64,000 bases of DNA from a virus. The translations under genes and the position numbers were made by a program. The notes under the pieces were generated by a model. That model did not search any database, was not told where the DNA came from, and saw nothing but the letters and a program-made list of their open reading frames with translations. The DNA is taken from the IMG/VR virus record IMGVR_UViG_3300024265_000045, positions 1 to 64,000 of that record; one strand, given 5' to 3'. Of this stretch, positions 9,296 through 19,500 are shown in pieces. Position 1 is the stretch's first letter, and each line of letters begins with the position of its first letter.

Positions 9296-11154
9296 TTATC
9301 CTCTGTGAAAAATTCTCGTAATTGTCCAGTTGTCAAAGCAAAACTGTTATTCTTTTTATACTCTAAAACTTTATGAATCACATGATCAATAGTCTGATTT
9401 CCGTCAAAAGTAACGGCAAGGGCGTGGAGTACATGGGGCGAGTGTTCTGTTCCAATACGTCTAATCCTGTGCAGGGATTGATAATAATCATCCCCATTGT
9501 ACCCACGCTCTAAGTATAAGGCAGTTCTAGCAGCCGTCAGAGTAAATCCAAACTTCCCAACAGCTGGATGAGCTATCAAAATATCAAGCTCTCCTGCCTG
9601 AAACTTCGTAACAATTTCTTGTCGTTGAATGGCTTTTGTTTTCCCCGTTAGACTTGCAACTCTAAACTTTTTCTTAGCTAAAATTTCTTCCAAGAAAACA
9701 GCAGTCTTGACAAAGTTAGTCCAAATAATCATCGGTAACTTCACATAACTTATAATCTCAGGAACCGCTTTCCACTTTGCTCCATCGTCCCTGCCGTCTA
9801 CGAGTAATGGATTTGAAGCTATTTGAACTAATCGTAATAGTTGAGTTAATACATTTGGAGCAAGTACAACCTCCCCATCAGGTAGAGTAGCTAAAAACTC
9901 AGTTTCCATTTGCAGATACATTTTAGTCTGAGATTTAGACATTGATATTTCCATATCCTCAATAATCCAATCTGGTAAATCCAAAACTTGATCTTGAGTT
10001 CTAGCCAAATAAATGTCTCTAAGATCGTTTAGTAAGTTTTTATTTGCTCCGGGTTTATTTCCAGTTATTTGATAACCCCATTGATTCTGCAAAACATAAC
10101 AATATCTGCCAGTAAATTTCCAGTATGAAGAAAATCTACGTAAGTCTAGTAAATTTAATTGTGACCAAAAGTCATCTATAAATTTACTAGATGGAGATCC
10201 AGACAATAGCCATACTCTGGATATATGTTTCGCTAAAAGTTTTAGTTTCTTGACTCGTTTAGTTTTCCTATTCTTACAAAGTATAGACTCGTCAATAATC
10301 ATAACATCCCAGTCGTATGATAAATATGAGTCTACATGCCTAACTGCCGTATCATAATTAGTTATTATCCAACGTTCGTCTCTAGTATCCCAAGTTGTTC
10401 TATGCCAGATTTCAGAATCTTCGTTAGTCCATTTTCTTATTTCATTTTGCCATGTACGAACTAGAGATAAAGGACAAATTATCAAAACACTCTTTGCGTT
10501 GACGGCAAGGGCTGCATCGATGGCGCAGCGAGATTTTCCAAGTCCAGGAGCAAGTCCAAGAAGAACTCTATTTCGTTTTACTAGAAAATTTACAGCTTCT
10601 GGCTGAAAATCCAAAAGAGTTGATGAATATTCATCAACTATTTCATTTTTTGCTTCATCTTCTTGTAGCCAAAATTCTACAGACTCACCTAGTGTAATTT
10701 CGTCAAAATTATCCAGAAGAGCATTTAATGAACCTCGATTCATTTTAGCTGTCCAGCAAAATTCTCCTTCTTGCCTTGTACCCCTAAATCCATATTCTTT
10801 GAGAAATGTAGTTGGATATATTTTTGGGAAAAATATCAACTCAGAACCTGATACTATTGCAAGTCCATCAGTCTTTTTCTTTGGAACAAATTCCCTGAGT
10901 TCGGGAATAATTACTTGATAATAATTTTCAAACTGACCATGATATTTCGGAAGAATTCGTTTAGCTATGTCATATTGTTTTGACGAAAGGTCTAATTGTT
11001 TCTCCAAAATTTGTTTAGCAAACGAAGTCATAATTGGAGCATCGATAGTATTAAATCCACGACCATTATCTTCTATGGTTGTGCTGTTTAGTTGCTCTGT
11101 AGATGTTTGTTGATCGTATAAAAAAAGTATCTTTTGTAGAATTTCTCTATCCAT
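9292..11154 (-). CDS. SNF2-family helicase
   Basis: LAPGLGKS, ICPLSL, ITNYD, IIDES, LSGSP, GFTLTAA, QSLHRIRRIG. Confidence 0.93.
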   Translation of the reverse strand: MDREILQKILFLYDQQTSTEQLNSTTIEDNGRGFNTIDAPIMTSFAKQILEKQLDLSSKQYDIAKRILPKYHGQFENYYQVIIPELREFVPKKKTDGLAIVSGSELIFFPKIYPTTFLKEYGFRGTRQEGEFCWTAKMNRGSLNALLDNFDEITLGESVEFWLQEDEAKNEIVDEYSSTLLDFQPEAVNFLVKRNRVLLGLAPGLGKSRCAIDAALAVNAKSVLIICPLSLVRTWQNEIRKWTNEDSEIWHRTTWDTRDERWIITNYDTAVRHVDSYLSYDWDVMIIDESILCKNRKTKRVKKLKLLAKHISRVWLLSGSPSSKFIDDFWSQLNLLDLRRFSSYWKFTGRYCYVLQNQWGYQITGNKPGANKNLLNDLRDIYLARTQDQVLDLPDWIIEDMEISMSKSQTKMYLQMETEFLATLPDGEVVLAPNVLTQLLRLVQIASNPLLVDGRDDGAKWKAVPEIISYVKLPMIIWTNFVKTAVFLEEILAKKKFRVASLTGKTKAIQRQEIVTKFQAGELDILIAHPAVGKFGFTLTAARTALYLERGYNGDDYYQSLHRIRRIGTEHSPHVLHALAVTFDGNQTIDHVIHKVLEYKKNNSFALTTGQLREFFTEDK

Positions 11155-11198
11155 TTTGGTCTCCGTGCATTAGGTCATTCCAACACTACTGCTACTTT

Positions 11199-11243
11199 AT
11201 TATAACCCACTATGCGGTCGTTAACCTGTAAAAAATGTGTAAA
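11199..11243 (-). promoter_or_regulatory. TTTAC-box promoter driving the replication operon
   Basis: Minus strand TTTACA-N5-TTTACA, with TATAAT 28 bp from the second box. Confidence 0.75.
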
Positions 11244-11266
11244 AGGTGCGTCTAAATAATCTCGTA

Positions 11267-11306
11267 GGTGCGGGCTGCACCCCTATTAAATGTAGCAACC
11301 CGCACC
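11267..11306 (-). terminator. Hairpin ending the late/lysis operon
   Basis: GGTGCGGG...CCCGCACC inverted repeat just past the 11319 stop; no clear U-tract. Confidence 0.5.
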
Positions 11307-11318
11307 CCAAAGGGGAAG

Positions 11319-11594
11319 CTATTCGAGCTTTGCTAACAGCTCATGAACAACCTTAGTTCCTCTAGAAATTACAATTCCTGTAAGCACCGAGCCGATATAT
11401 GGAATACTGAACGGCAGGTCCACTAGCTCAAACAGGTCAACGGGCAAGAATACGGCGACAGTGACTGACAGAAGGATGGAAATAATGAGTGGAACATTAA
11501 CTTCCCTTGTTGTTGTGTCATAAATCAGCTTGACGGTATTGATAACTGCCTCCAACAAAATACAAAGTATTAAAATCAACGCAAACGAATTCAT
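11319..11594 (-). CDS. Holin-like membrane protein
   Basis: Three hydrophobic segments; GSVLTGIVISRGTKVVHELL holin-like C-terminus; last gene of the tail module. Confidence 0.75.
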   Translation of the reverse strand: MNSFALILILCILLEAVINTVKLIYDTTTREVNVPLIISILLSVTVAVFLPVDLFELVDLPFSIPYIGSVLTGIVISRGTKVVHELLAKLE

Positions 11595-11606
11595 AATAAA
11601 TCTCCT

Positions 11607-11921
11607 TTAATTTATGAATATATAATAAGCTGTAGAAATCACCAATGTGACTATTGCAGCTATGACAATCCATGCGAATTTATCCCATCTATTCAATGTC
11701 TTATTCACATACTTTATAATGGAGATAACTCCTTCTTCTCCATTTCCATACAGAGTCGTATTGTGCTTCTCTGCTAATTCTACACCTTTTTCTAACAATT
11801 TCATTCTTCCATCCATTTCAGCATGTTCAACTTTATTCTGTGTTCCATCTCTACTCAGCTTATCTACTCCTATTTGAAGAACTGCCATAAGAGATTTTAA
11901 TTCAGCATTTGTAGTCATCAT
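11607..11921 (-). CDS. Coiled-coil protein with C-terminal transmembrane helix (lysis-associated)
   Basis: TLYGNGEEG followed by a single C-terminal TM helix; adjacent to the holin. Confidence 0.6.
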   Translation of the reverse strand: MMTTNAELKSLMAVLQIGVDKLSRDGTQNKVEHAEMDGRMKLLEKGVELAEKHNTTLYGNGEEGVISIIKYVNKTLNRWDKFAWIVIAAIVTLVISTAYYIFIN

Positions 11922-11932
11922 ACTATCCTTAG

Positions 11933-12322
11933 TTATTTGAGGCTATCAGCTCTAATGTGTGGAAATCTGCTATTTCGTAATGCAATAACAATTGAAGCCA
12001 TAGCTTTGAAGAAGTCAATTTCAGCTTTATCGGTAGAACTAAAATTTTTGTCAATTTGATTATGCGCTTCTTCTTCAGAGCATGTTCCCCAAAATTCGAC
12101 AGCTTCGATAGTTTCATCTGCCGACTTTTTAATCTCAACAACAGTTTGCTCTTTATCCTGAGTATATTCTTTAAGAAATCGCTCACAAGCAGATTTTTGC
12201 TTTCGAGTCCAAGGCTTTTCTTTTGGATCAAGAATAATTTCCGGAGGATCACCACTTCTAACAGTAAGATAAGGTATTTCTGCTTTATCTAATTGATCAG
12301 CTAACCATCCAATACTACTCAT
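11933..12322 (-). CDS. Hypothetical protein (tail-fibre associated)
   Basis: Starts 1 nt after the 12324 stop. Confidence 0.6.
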   Translation of the reverse strand: MSSIGWLADQLDKAEIPYLTVRSGDPPEIILDPKEKPWTRKQKSACERFLKEYTQDKEQTVVEIKKSADETIEAVEFWGTCSEEEAHNQIDKNFSSTDKAEIDFFKAMASIVIALRNSRFPHIRADSLK

Positions 12323-12323
12323 T

Positions 12324-13916
12324 TTACACCTCTATCCAACCTGACATGTTTGTTGCATACGGATCATCTATAGGAGCTCCTGGAGAATCTGCATAAATCG
12401 TTGCATTATTTCCTGCAGAAGTCCTACCGACCATTCGAGCATTATGATATCCTTGTCCAGGAAAATTTCTTCCGCTAACACTAAAAGATTTCATGTTTAC
12501 ACCAGAAAATGCAAATTGAGCATATCTCGGAAGAGTAATTCCATCAAAACCAATACCTGCATAAAAATCATCAGTTGCTTGTTCCCACGTTACATCCAAT
12601 TGAAGTGAAACAAACCAGTTTTGAAATGGAGCTAGATAATGTAATTTATTGTCCGTACCTCCATTAAAATCAACATACGGAACACTACCTAAAACATATG
12701 ATGTACTTGCTCCGTCTTTATTAAATGCTGGACATACAAACAATCTTTTTAAAATTCGATTGTACATATTGACAACATATCTGTAAACCTCAGTATCGAT
12801 TATCTGACCTAGAGTAGATGTTGTACGAATAGATCCGAGATATCTCCGTGAGGGACTTCCGCTCTTCAAAAGAACCCCATCGTAAGCTCCAGTTCGAATG
12901 ACCTCTGTTGTTCTTAGAGTAGAATGTGCCCAAGAAGCTACTTCCAAAACTTTATCTTCAGTAATAAATACGTCAAAATTTGTACCTGCTGCAAAAAGAG
13001 TTATGTCCAACATAAGAGCATCATCAGGAACTCTTAATCTATTCCAGCCATATTGAGTATCCTTGACATCTACTCCATCTCCATTATATCTAGTATAGTA
13101 TATAGCTCCAGAATATAAAGTGTTAGGTTCAATATTACCGGTAAGATTAACTTTATTCAAGTTCCGTTTAGCGTCTGATAAATTATTATGGAACGAATAG
13201 GTGAGATTATCAGCAGTTCTAACATAATAAATTTGATTTTGAGTCAATCCATTTCCTGTAGCTGAAACTTGAATAGCCTGACCAGTATTGTATAATCTAG
13301 CCACAGCGAAAGTAACTGTATCAGTCACAGCATGGTCAGTACTGGCAGGAGCAACAGCGTCAAGATCATCTCTTGTATCGGGATTATCCCATAAAAGAGA
13401 TAATCTACCTTGAGCTAGTCCAATTGAATTTAGTGGAGAAGTCACAAAATTATAGTCATCATATAGAGTGATATTTCCTGCCACATCAATATATACCTGC
13501 CAAAGTGGATCCTCCCAGTTTGCTAAATCAGTTTGATCCAGGGCAGGTGCAACAGGAACTGCTGCCTCAGCTCCTGGTGAACGCACAAGTCTAACAGTTT
13601 GAGTGGTTGGATTTTTAAGTAAAACAATCCTGTCCATTCTTGGATTACCAATAGGATTTGGAATAACTATATTTTCCGAAGCATCACTTTCATGTATTGT
13701 CCCATCAACTAATGATGCTCCAGTATCAATTGCAATTGGTGAAGTTGTATTTGTTGCTGCAAATTGATTCAAAAATCCACGAATAGGTCCTCCCTTCTCT
13801 CTATTCGCAGATAACAAATATCTGTAAATCTTAGACTGCCATTCAGCCGAAGAATATGGAGCTTCAGTAGCATCTCCAAGAACTTGCCCATCCCAAGGAT
13901 ATGATCTTTGAGCCAT
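12324..13916 (-). CDS. Minor tail / receptor-binding protein
   Basis: N-terminal NPRMDRIVL...WEDPLWQV tail-anchor-like domain; position at the end of the tail module. Confidence 0.75.
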   Translation of the reverse strand: MAQRSYPWDGQVLGDATEAPYSSAEWQSKIYRYLLSANREKGGPIRGFLNQFAATNTTSPIAIDTGASLVDGTIHESDASENIVIPNPIGNPRMDRIVLLKNPTTQTVRLVRSPGAEAAVPVAPALDQTDLANWEDPLWQVYIDVAGNITLYDDYNFVTSPLNSIGLAQGRLSLLWDNPDTRDDLDAVAPASTDHAVTDTVTFAVARLYNTGQAIQVSATGNGLTQNQIYYVRTADNLTYSFHNNLSDAKRNLNKVNLTGNIEPNTLYSGAIYYTRYNGDGVDVKDTQYGWNRLRVPDDALMLDITLFAAGTNFDVFITEDKVLEVASWAHSTLRTTEVIRTGAYDGVLLKSGSPSRRYLGSIRTTSTLGQIIDTEVYRYVVNMYNRILKRLFVCPAFNKDGASTSYVLGSVPYVDFNGGTDNKLHYLAPFQNWFVSLQLDVTWEQATDDFYAGIGFDGITLPRYAQFAFSGVNMKSFSVSGRNFPGQGYHNARMVGRTSAGNNATIYADSPGAPIDDPYATNMSGWIEV

Positions 13917-13925
13917 AATAATCTC

Positions 13926-14387
13926 CTATACAAAATAACCAAAAATATCAACACTAACTGTAGCGACTGCTCCTTGAACTATCGCACATTTTAATCCTAA
14001 ATTGCCTCCGCCAACTCCAACTAAAGCTGCATCATGTTCATCTACATAAATATTCGTGTAAAGTGTCGGTCCTGTAAGTTCAGCGTGAACGGCAGAAGGC
14101 ATTACGTCGTTAGCGAGAGCATTATATCCGAATCCAAAAGAAGCTGTATCCATGTTGATAGAAGCATTGCGAACAATTATTTGAGTTATAATACAATTAG
14201 CTGACAAGGGTACTAAAAATAAAGTCTGTTTCGTAACTATATTTAGATTTACATCGTCTGTAGACGATAGTAAAATCTCCTGTAAAACTCCTTGATTAGT
14301 ATCATGTTCCAATTGAGATAATCTTAAGGAAAGTTCAATGGTAGCTTGAACAACTTCCATAATACTTCTATGTATATCGTTGCTCAT
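13926..14387 (-). CDS. Minor tail protein
   Basis: Beta-rich; ends VSVDIFGYFV; inside the tail module. Confidence 0.6.
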   Translation of the reverse strand: MSNDIHRSIMEVVQATIELSLRLSQLEHDTNQGVLQEILLSSTDDVNLNIVTKQTLFLVPLSANCIITQIIVRNASINMDTASFGFGYNALANDVMPSAVHAELTGPTLYTNIYVDEHDAALVGVGGGNLGLKCAIVQGAVATVSVDIFGYFV

Positions 14388-15580
14388 AAGTCAGCAAATG
14401 CAAGAGCTAGGGCTTCTCCATCTTCATCGATAGTTCCACTAGCTCCAACTATCCTTTTATTTTTTGATAGTATTCCAGCCTTACCAGTTATTTTATCACC
14501 AAACCAAAAGTCATAACCGTATACACTGGACCTCTGTAACAGAGGAATAAAATCCATTCCTTCTTTAGCAGAATTCTCCGCTAGAATGACATCTCCGGCT
14601 GTCTCCATTTCTGAAGTATATCCATTTTTATTTCGTGATGATTCCATTCGATTCCATGGAGAGTCAGCTCTAGCAGATATATCCGTTCGAGAAATAACCT
14701 TTTTTGTAGCTCCTTTGCCTTGACCTAAAATGAAAATCGTATTTATTTCTTTTGCTCTACGTTTGTAATAAGTCATTGAGCGTATATTTGCATAACCGAC
14801 AGAAAATATGACAGGAGCATTTCCAGCAGCATTGAGACCAGTAGTAGAATCCAAACCTACTATAGTTCTATCTTCGCCAAGTTGATCTATATATGTATTG
14901 AATACAAAATTAGCTCCATCAAATGTGACGTCAAAATCGATGGTTGCAAATATGGCAATATCAAATAAAACATCTAATAATCTACTGTATCCTTCTTCTC
15001 CAGTCCAAATAACTCCTGCTCCAGTGGAAGCTGTAATAGTAAAATTAGGTAGAATACCCTCCTCTTTCCTACCATTGGCAATCGTAGCTTGATCTCCACA
15101 ATTTTCAATCACATATTCTTTCATTGCTGTTTCTGATACATCTGATTTATATGCTTGAATTGTTCCATCCGGATAAGCAATTTTTGTTCTACCGAGTAAA
15201 TGATTTAGGCAAAGACCCGATGAAATATATACAGTGTCTCCAGTTTCATCGGTGTCAATGTCGAAATCTCTATGTAGTCCTACAAACTCTGTATACCAGG
15301 AGTTTGATCTAGATCTGACACGTCTTCGTAATACAATCATACTATCCAGTTCAAAATCTTCAACATAAGTATCTTGATAGTTTATTATGAGAACATAATC
15401 TCCTTGACCATCCAATACTTTCTTATATGTAAATAGTCTAAATGATGTAAATATATGGATAGGCTCGAAATTTTGATTGTAAACAATTATCATATGCTCC
15501 GGTAAAGATACCGTCGGTGCAAATGCTTCAGGACCATAATAATCTAAACCGTATTCATCAACGCCATATCCACGGGACAT
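14384..15580 (-). CDS. Siphovirus Gp37-like baseplate hub / minor tail protein
   Basis: ILGQGKGA, YGYDFWFGDKIT; follows the distal tail gene. Confidence 0.8.
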   Translation of the reverse strand: MSRGYGVDEYGLDYYGPEAFAPTVSLPEHMIIVYNQNFEPIHIFTSFRLFTYKKVLDGQGDYVLIINYQDTYVEDFELDSMIVLRRRVRSRSNSWYTEFVGLHRDFDIDTDETGDTVYISSGLCLNHLLGRTKIAYPDGTIQAYKSDVSETAMKEYVIENCGDQATIANGRKEEGILPNFTITASTGAGVIWTGEEGYSRLLDVLFDIAIFATIDFDVTFDGANFVFNTYIDQLGEDRTIVGLDSTTGLNAAGNAPVIFSVGYANIRSMTYYKRRAKEINTIFILGQGKGATKKVISRTDISARADSPWNRMESSRNKNGYTSEMETAGDVILAENSAKEGMDFIPLLQRSSVYGYDFWFGDKITGKAGILSKNKRIVGASGTIDEDGEALALAFADL

Positions 15581-15589
15581 TTTTACATC

Positions 15590-16525
15590 CTAAAACCCAT
15601 AGAATCTAGGATAGAAAGATAATGAAATAGATGTAACTCCAGCTACAGCTCCTGATGCAGTAACATTAATCACATTATCTCCATCAGCGACGGCGGGGGC
15701 TACTTCGATACGGAACGTGGCTAGATCGCTTTCATCAAGATCTACTGTCCCTAACAAGTTGACTGAGAGTTGATTGTACACAAGTTTTTCTTCCGGAGTT
15801 AATTCTATAGTTACTGTTTCTCCAGTAGAAACAGCATAGTTTAATTTTATAGACTCATCTATATCTTGATTAGTAATCAGAGGTGAATTACACGGTCCTT
15901 GCATGACTATTTTAGGATAACTTTCCCAAGTTCCAGGATTTCGAACTGTTATATCAGAATTAATTATAGTGGATCCAAAAATAATAGGAAATGTAATTGG
16001 AAATATTAGGTCATCAGTTGGAGTTAGAACCCACGTAGATGTATTTAGAGTAGGAGATAATGCAATAGGATCATCAGCTCTATATCTTATCGTATCCGTA
16101 AATCCAAATTCATCCCATTTGCGTGGATCTCTAGGAGCGAAAGCTGGTCCTTGCTCCACAAAAACTGCCAGATCATATACTACTCCTCCTGGAAGTCTTT
16201 TCCTTAGCGTAGCTGGTAGAACTTGCCCAGCCGGATGTCTGTTTGGACGAATAGCATCGAGAAGCTCCGCTCGTTTAGTCCAATAATCTTCTCTATCGCA
16301 AGCATCATATCTAACAATTTGCTGTATAATTCTAGGTCTGAGTCTATAATCTAATACAGTATCTCCGTGTTGTAAAGGTCCGCTCTGAGTTATAAACTCA
16401 ATTGGAGGAGCTCCAAACCCTGTTTCCGAAACAACAAACTTGTACCAGTCATCAAATTTATATACTGTTCCATCAGCCCCTATGAGCTCAGTATAATCCT
16501 CAAAATAACTTTGCTTCTTACCCAT
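15590..16525 (-). CDS. Distal tail protein (Dit-like)
   Basis: Directly after the tape measure gene; LIFPITFPIIFG, NPGTWESYPKI, GDNVI. Confidence 0.8.
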   Translation of the reverse strand: MGKKQSYFEDYTELIGADGTVYKFDDWYKFVVSETGFGAPPIEFITQSGPLQHGDTVLDYRLRPRIIQQIVRYDACDREDYWTKRAELLDAIRPNRHPAGQVLPATLRKRLPGGVVYDLAVFVEQGPAFAPRDPRKWDEFGFTDTIRYRADDPIALSPTLNTSTWVLTPTDDLIFPITFPIIFGSTIINSDITVRNPGTWESYPKIVMQGPCNSPLITNQDIDESIKLNYAVSTGETVTIELTPEEKLVYNQLSVNLLGTVDLDESDLATFRIEVAPAVADGDNVINVTASGAVAGVTSISLSFYPRFYGF

Positions 16526-19500
16526 TATTTTCTCACAGCAGCTAGGGCAGCTTGAACATCATAGTATATACTTGCAGAAGACTGTACATTTTTATATGTT
16601 GGATTTATTTCGAGTTGAGTGCGCTGATCAAAGGTTTGGGTAGTCTGACTTTGATCAAGATCCAGTCTTGGAGACGGTGGGAGAAATCCTGGTGCTGAAA
16701 TTTGAGGAGCGGCTTGAGCAAATACAGGCTGACTGATCTGAGTACTCAAAGCATCTTCGGCTAAGAATAGCATAGACCTCATTGTCTGCCGTATCATAGT
16801 TTCTAATAGAGGAGCTGTTTTCTCCATTCCTTGAACCATACCTGTGATCCAGTCAGATGATAGAGTAGCAAATTTCTTAGACGGAGATCTTGAACCAGTA
16901 ATTTGAGCGACAAGATCAAGAGCTTGAAATATAAGCTCCCGAAGAAAATCCAAAATTAGATAGGCTTTATCGTATATACCTTGAAGAATGCCAAGCATAA
17001 GATTCCTACCCATCTGCTTGAAGGTTTCTTGATATTCTCCAAATATTTTTATGAGACGATCGATAAACATGATGAATTCCCATAACTGTTCTCCAGCAAA
17101 ATTAAGGATTGCTCTGCCAATCTGTTGAATTAATGAACCTGTTACATCATACATTTTAGGTTCATTATTACTTATCCCGTCAATCCAAACTTGCATCCAG
17201 TCATCAAACCATTCTCCTAATGCGAACATTCCTTCTATAAAAGATCGTAATAATTCTTTAGCAAACTCTGTAAAAAGATCTAGTATAGAGTCTAATCCAT
17301 CAGAGATAATTTCAATTAATGATCCAAGTATATCAGGATATTCGTCTAACCTTTTCAATTGTTTCTCAAAATTTTTCATGGCAAGTCCAACAAGAATAAA
17401 TGGAGTCAATAGGAAGAACATAGCTGTTGCTACTGAACCAATCGCAGTTGTCAAGAGAGGAGATACTGTAAAGGCTTTTCGAAGTAAGAAAATAGCTCCA
17501 ACAACTTTTAAAATTGTTGGAAGATTTTCTAAAAGTATCGTAATGAACTTCTCGAATAATTCTCCACCGTCAGTCTCAAGCCAGTCTGTAAAATCATTCA
17601 ATGCAGGTATTATATCTTCTGTCAAAGTTTCACTAAAGTCTTCCAGGAATGAAATTATATTAGGTCCACTTGCTAAAAGTTTTTCAGATAAACCAACTAT
17701 TAGCTCTCCTACAATATCCAACAAAGAACCTGTTGTATCAACACCAACTCCTAATAAAGCTTCAGAGGCAATTCCAGCTATTTCCTTCAGTAATCTTGTA
17801 ATGTCAGGTCCATACAGCTCCCAAAATTCCAACAAATTTCCCCAAGCTTCTTTCAAATCTTCTACAAATTCATCCCATGCTCCAGAAATTTTTGTATACC
17901 AGTCTGACTCAACGATATCAGCTACTAACTCATCTATGTTACCAAATAAATCAAGCTTCTCAATGTCTTCACCGAATTTATTCCAATCTTCAAAAAAAGT
18001 TCCAAATAATTCTTCAAAAGACGGCAAGGAGGCTGTAAATTCCGCCCACATATCATCCATTTCTCTACCGATAATTTCGGACAGTCCTACAATAGTTTCT
18101 TGTAACGATGCGTCTAAATCAGCCCCCAGATCGTCGAAAGATGATGGATCAAACTCAAATCCCATAAATTCTAAGTCAGTTTTTTCTCCCTCAATTGTTC
18201 TAATCATTTGTTTTCGTATTTCATTCTGAGCTATAAGTATGTCAAGTAAAGATTTCTCACCAGTAACTCTTGAGCTAAGAATATCTTGTTCAGTTTTAGC
18301 AATAGAAAGAGCAGCATTCTTCAAAGCCATTTGTTCATCTTTAGCAGCTTTTAGCTTATTTTTCGCAGAGGCTATAGCCACGCCCCGCTCTACTTTTGTC
18401 TGCCGTATCTGTCTCTGAAGTATAATGTCACGTTTTTCTAACTCAAGAGTTGTTCGTTCTTCATCTGTAAGTCTTAAAGTAGTTAGAGCTTGCTCTATTT
18501 CTTGAAGTCTGGTATTTTCTTCAAAAACCTTCCTGTTATCGCCTAATTGATTTTCTAAACTCTGTAAAATATCATCATAATACCGAGTTGTATCATTCAA
18601 TTCATCCTGAGCTTTCGTCACTTGTCCAGTGATTATAGCGTAATCTCTCATAATGGGTAGAAGTCTAGAATTAAATCTTTCTGAAACATCTATCAGGTTC
18701 TGAACGTTTTGAATAGCTTCTCCAAAAACAACTACAGTCTGTTCTCCAGTAAAGCTCAATGCTCTTTGAACCATAGTCAGAGTATTAGTCGCTTTAGTGA
18801 GTAATACTGTATTTCTTGTATATCGAGCAAATAAATTGGAAGCTTCTCCAATCTTATCAGATAAGTCTTCAAACGCATCTTTAGCTACATCTCCAGTTTC
18901 TCCAAAAGCAATTATGACTACTTTTAATTGTTCTAAACTGGCAATGGCTATATCTCCAGAGGCAGCTAACGCAATCTCATCTATAGCTGTTGATCGTAAG
19001 AAAGATCTAAATGTTCCAATTAATGCTTCAAGTGGTCCAAAATCAACTCCAACCCATCCATCTAAATATACTTGAGCTGCTGCTTGACCCCATGCTGCAA
19101 GTTCTGGAAGAAACTTTGGAGGACTTCCAGGCTTTAACCATTCAGTCAATACTCTAGTCAAAAAGGATAGAGCAGAAATAACCCCGGAAGCTCCTGTCAC
19201 AATTCCTTGTGCGAAAGACATAGTAAAGTCTATGCCCCACCCGAAAGTCTTACTAGACAATATTTTGAAGAAATTTTCAAATGTTTTATCCGGAGCAAGA
19301 AATTCCTGAAAAGCTGTAATACCTCGAGCTAAAAATTGAATTAGATTACGAACAAAGTGAACTACAGTAAGAACGGCTCTGGCAACATCTAAAGTCGTCG
19401 GTGCTGCAAGTCCCAAATAAGTTAGAAAAATTTGCATTGCTGGTATCAAATCATTTATTAAAGCCTGATAAATTTCATCAAAAGCAATGGCTATTGTATG

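Noticed and set aside
11929-12255. 108-aa Lys/Leu-rich ORF
   Set aside because: Alternative frame of 11933-12322, which is the one coupled to the upstream stop codon.
12324-13916. Diversity-generating retroelement target
   Set aside because: No reverse transcriptase, and no template/variable repeat pair noticed.
17378-18229. 283-aa Ser-rich plus-strand ORF
   Set aside because: Antisense to the tape measure gene; composition is typical of shadow frames.
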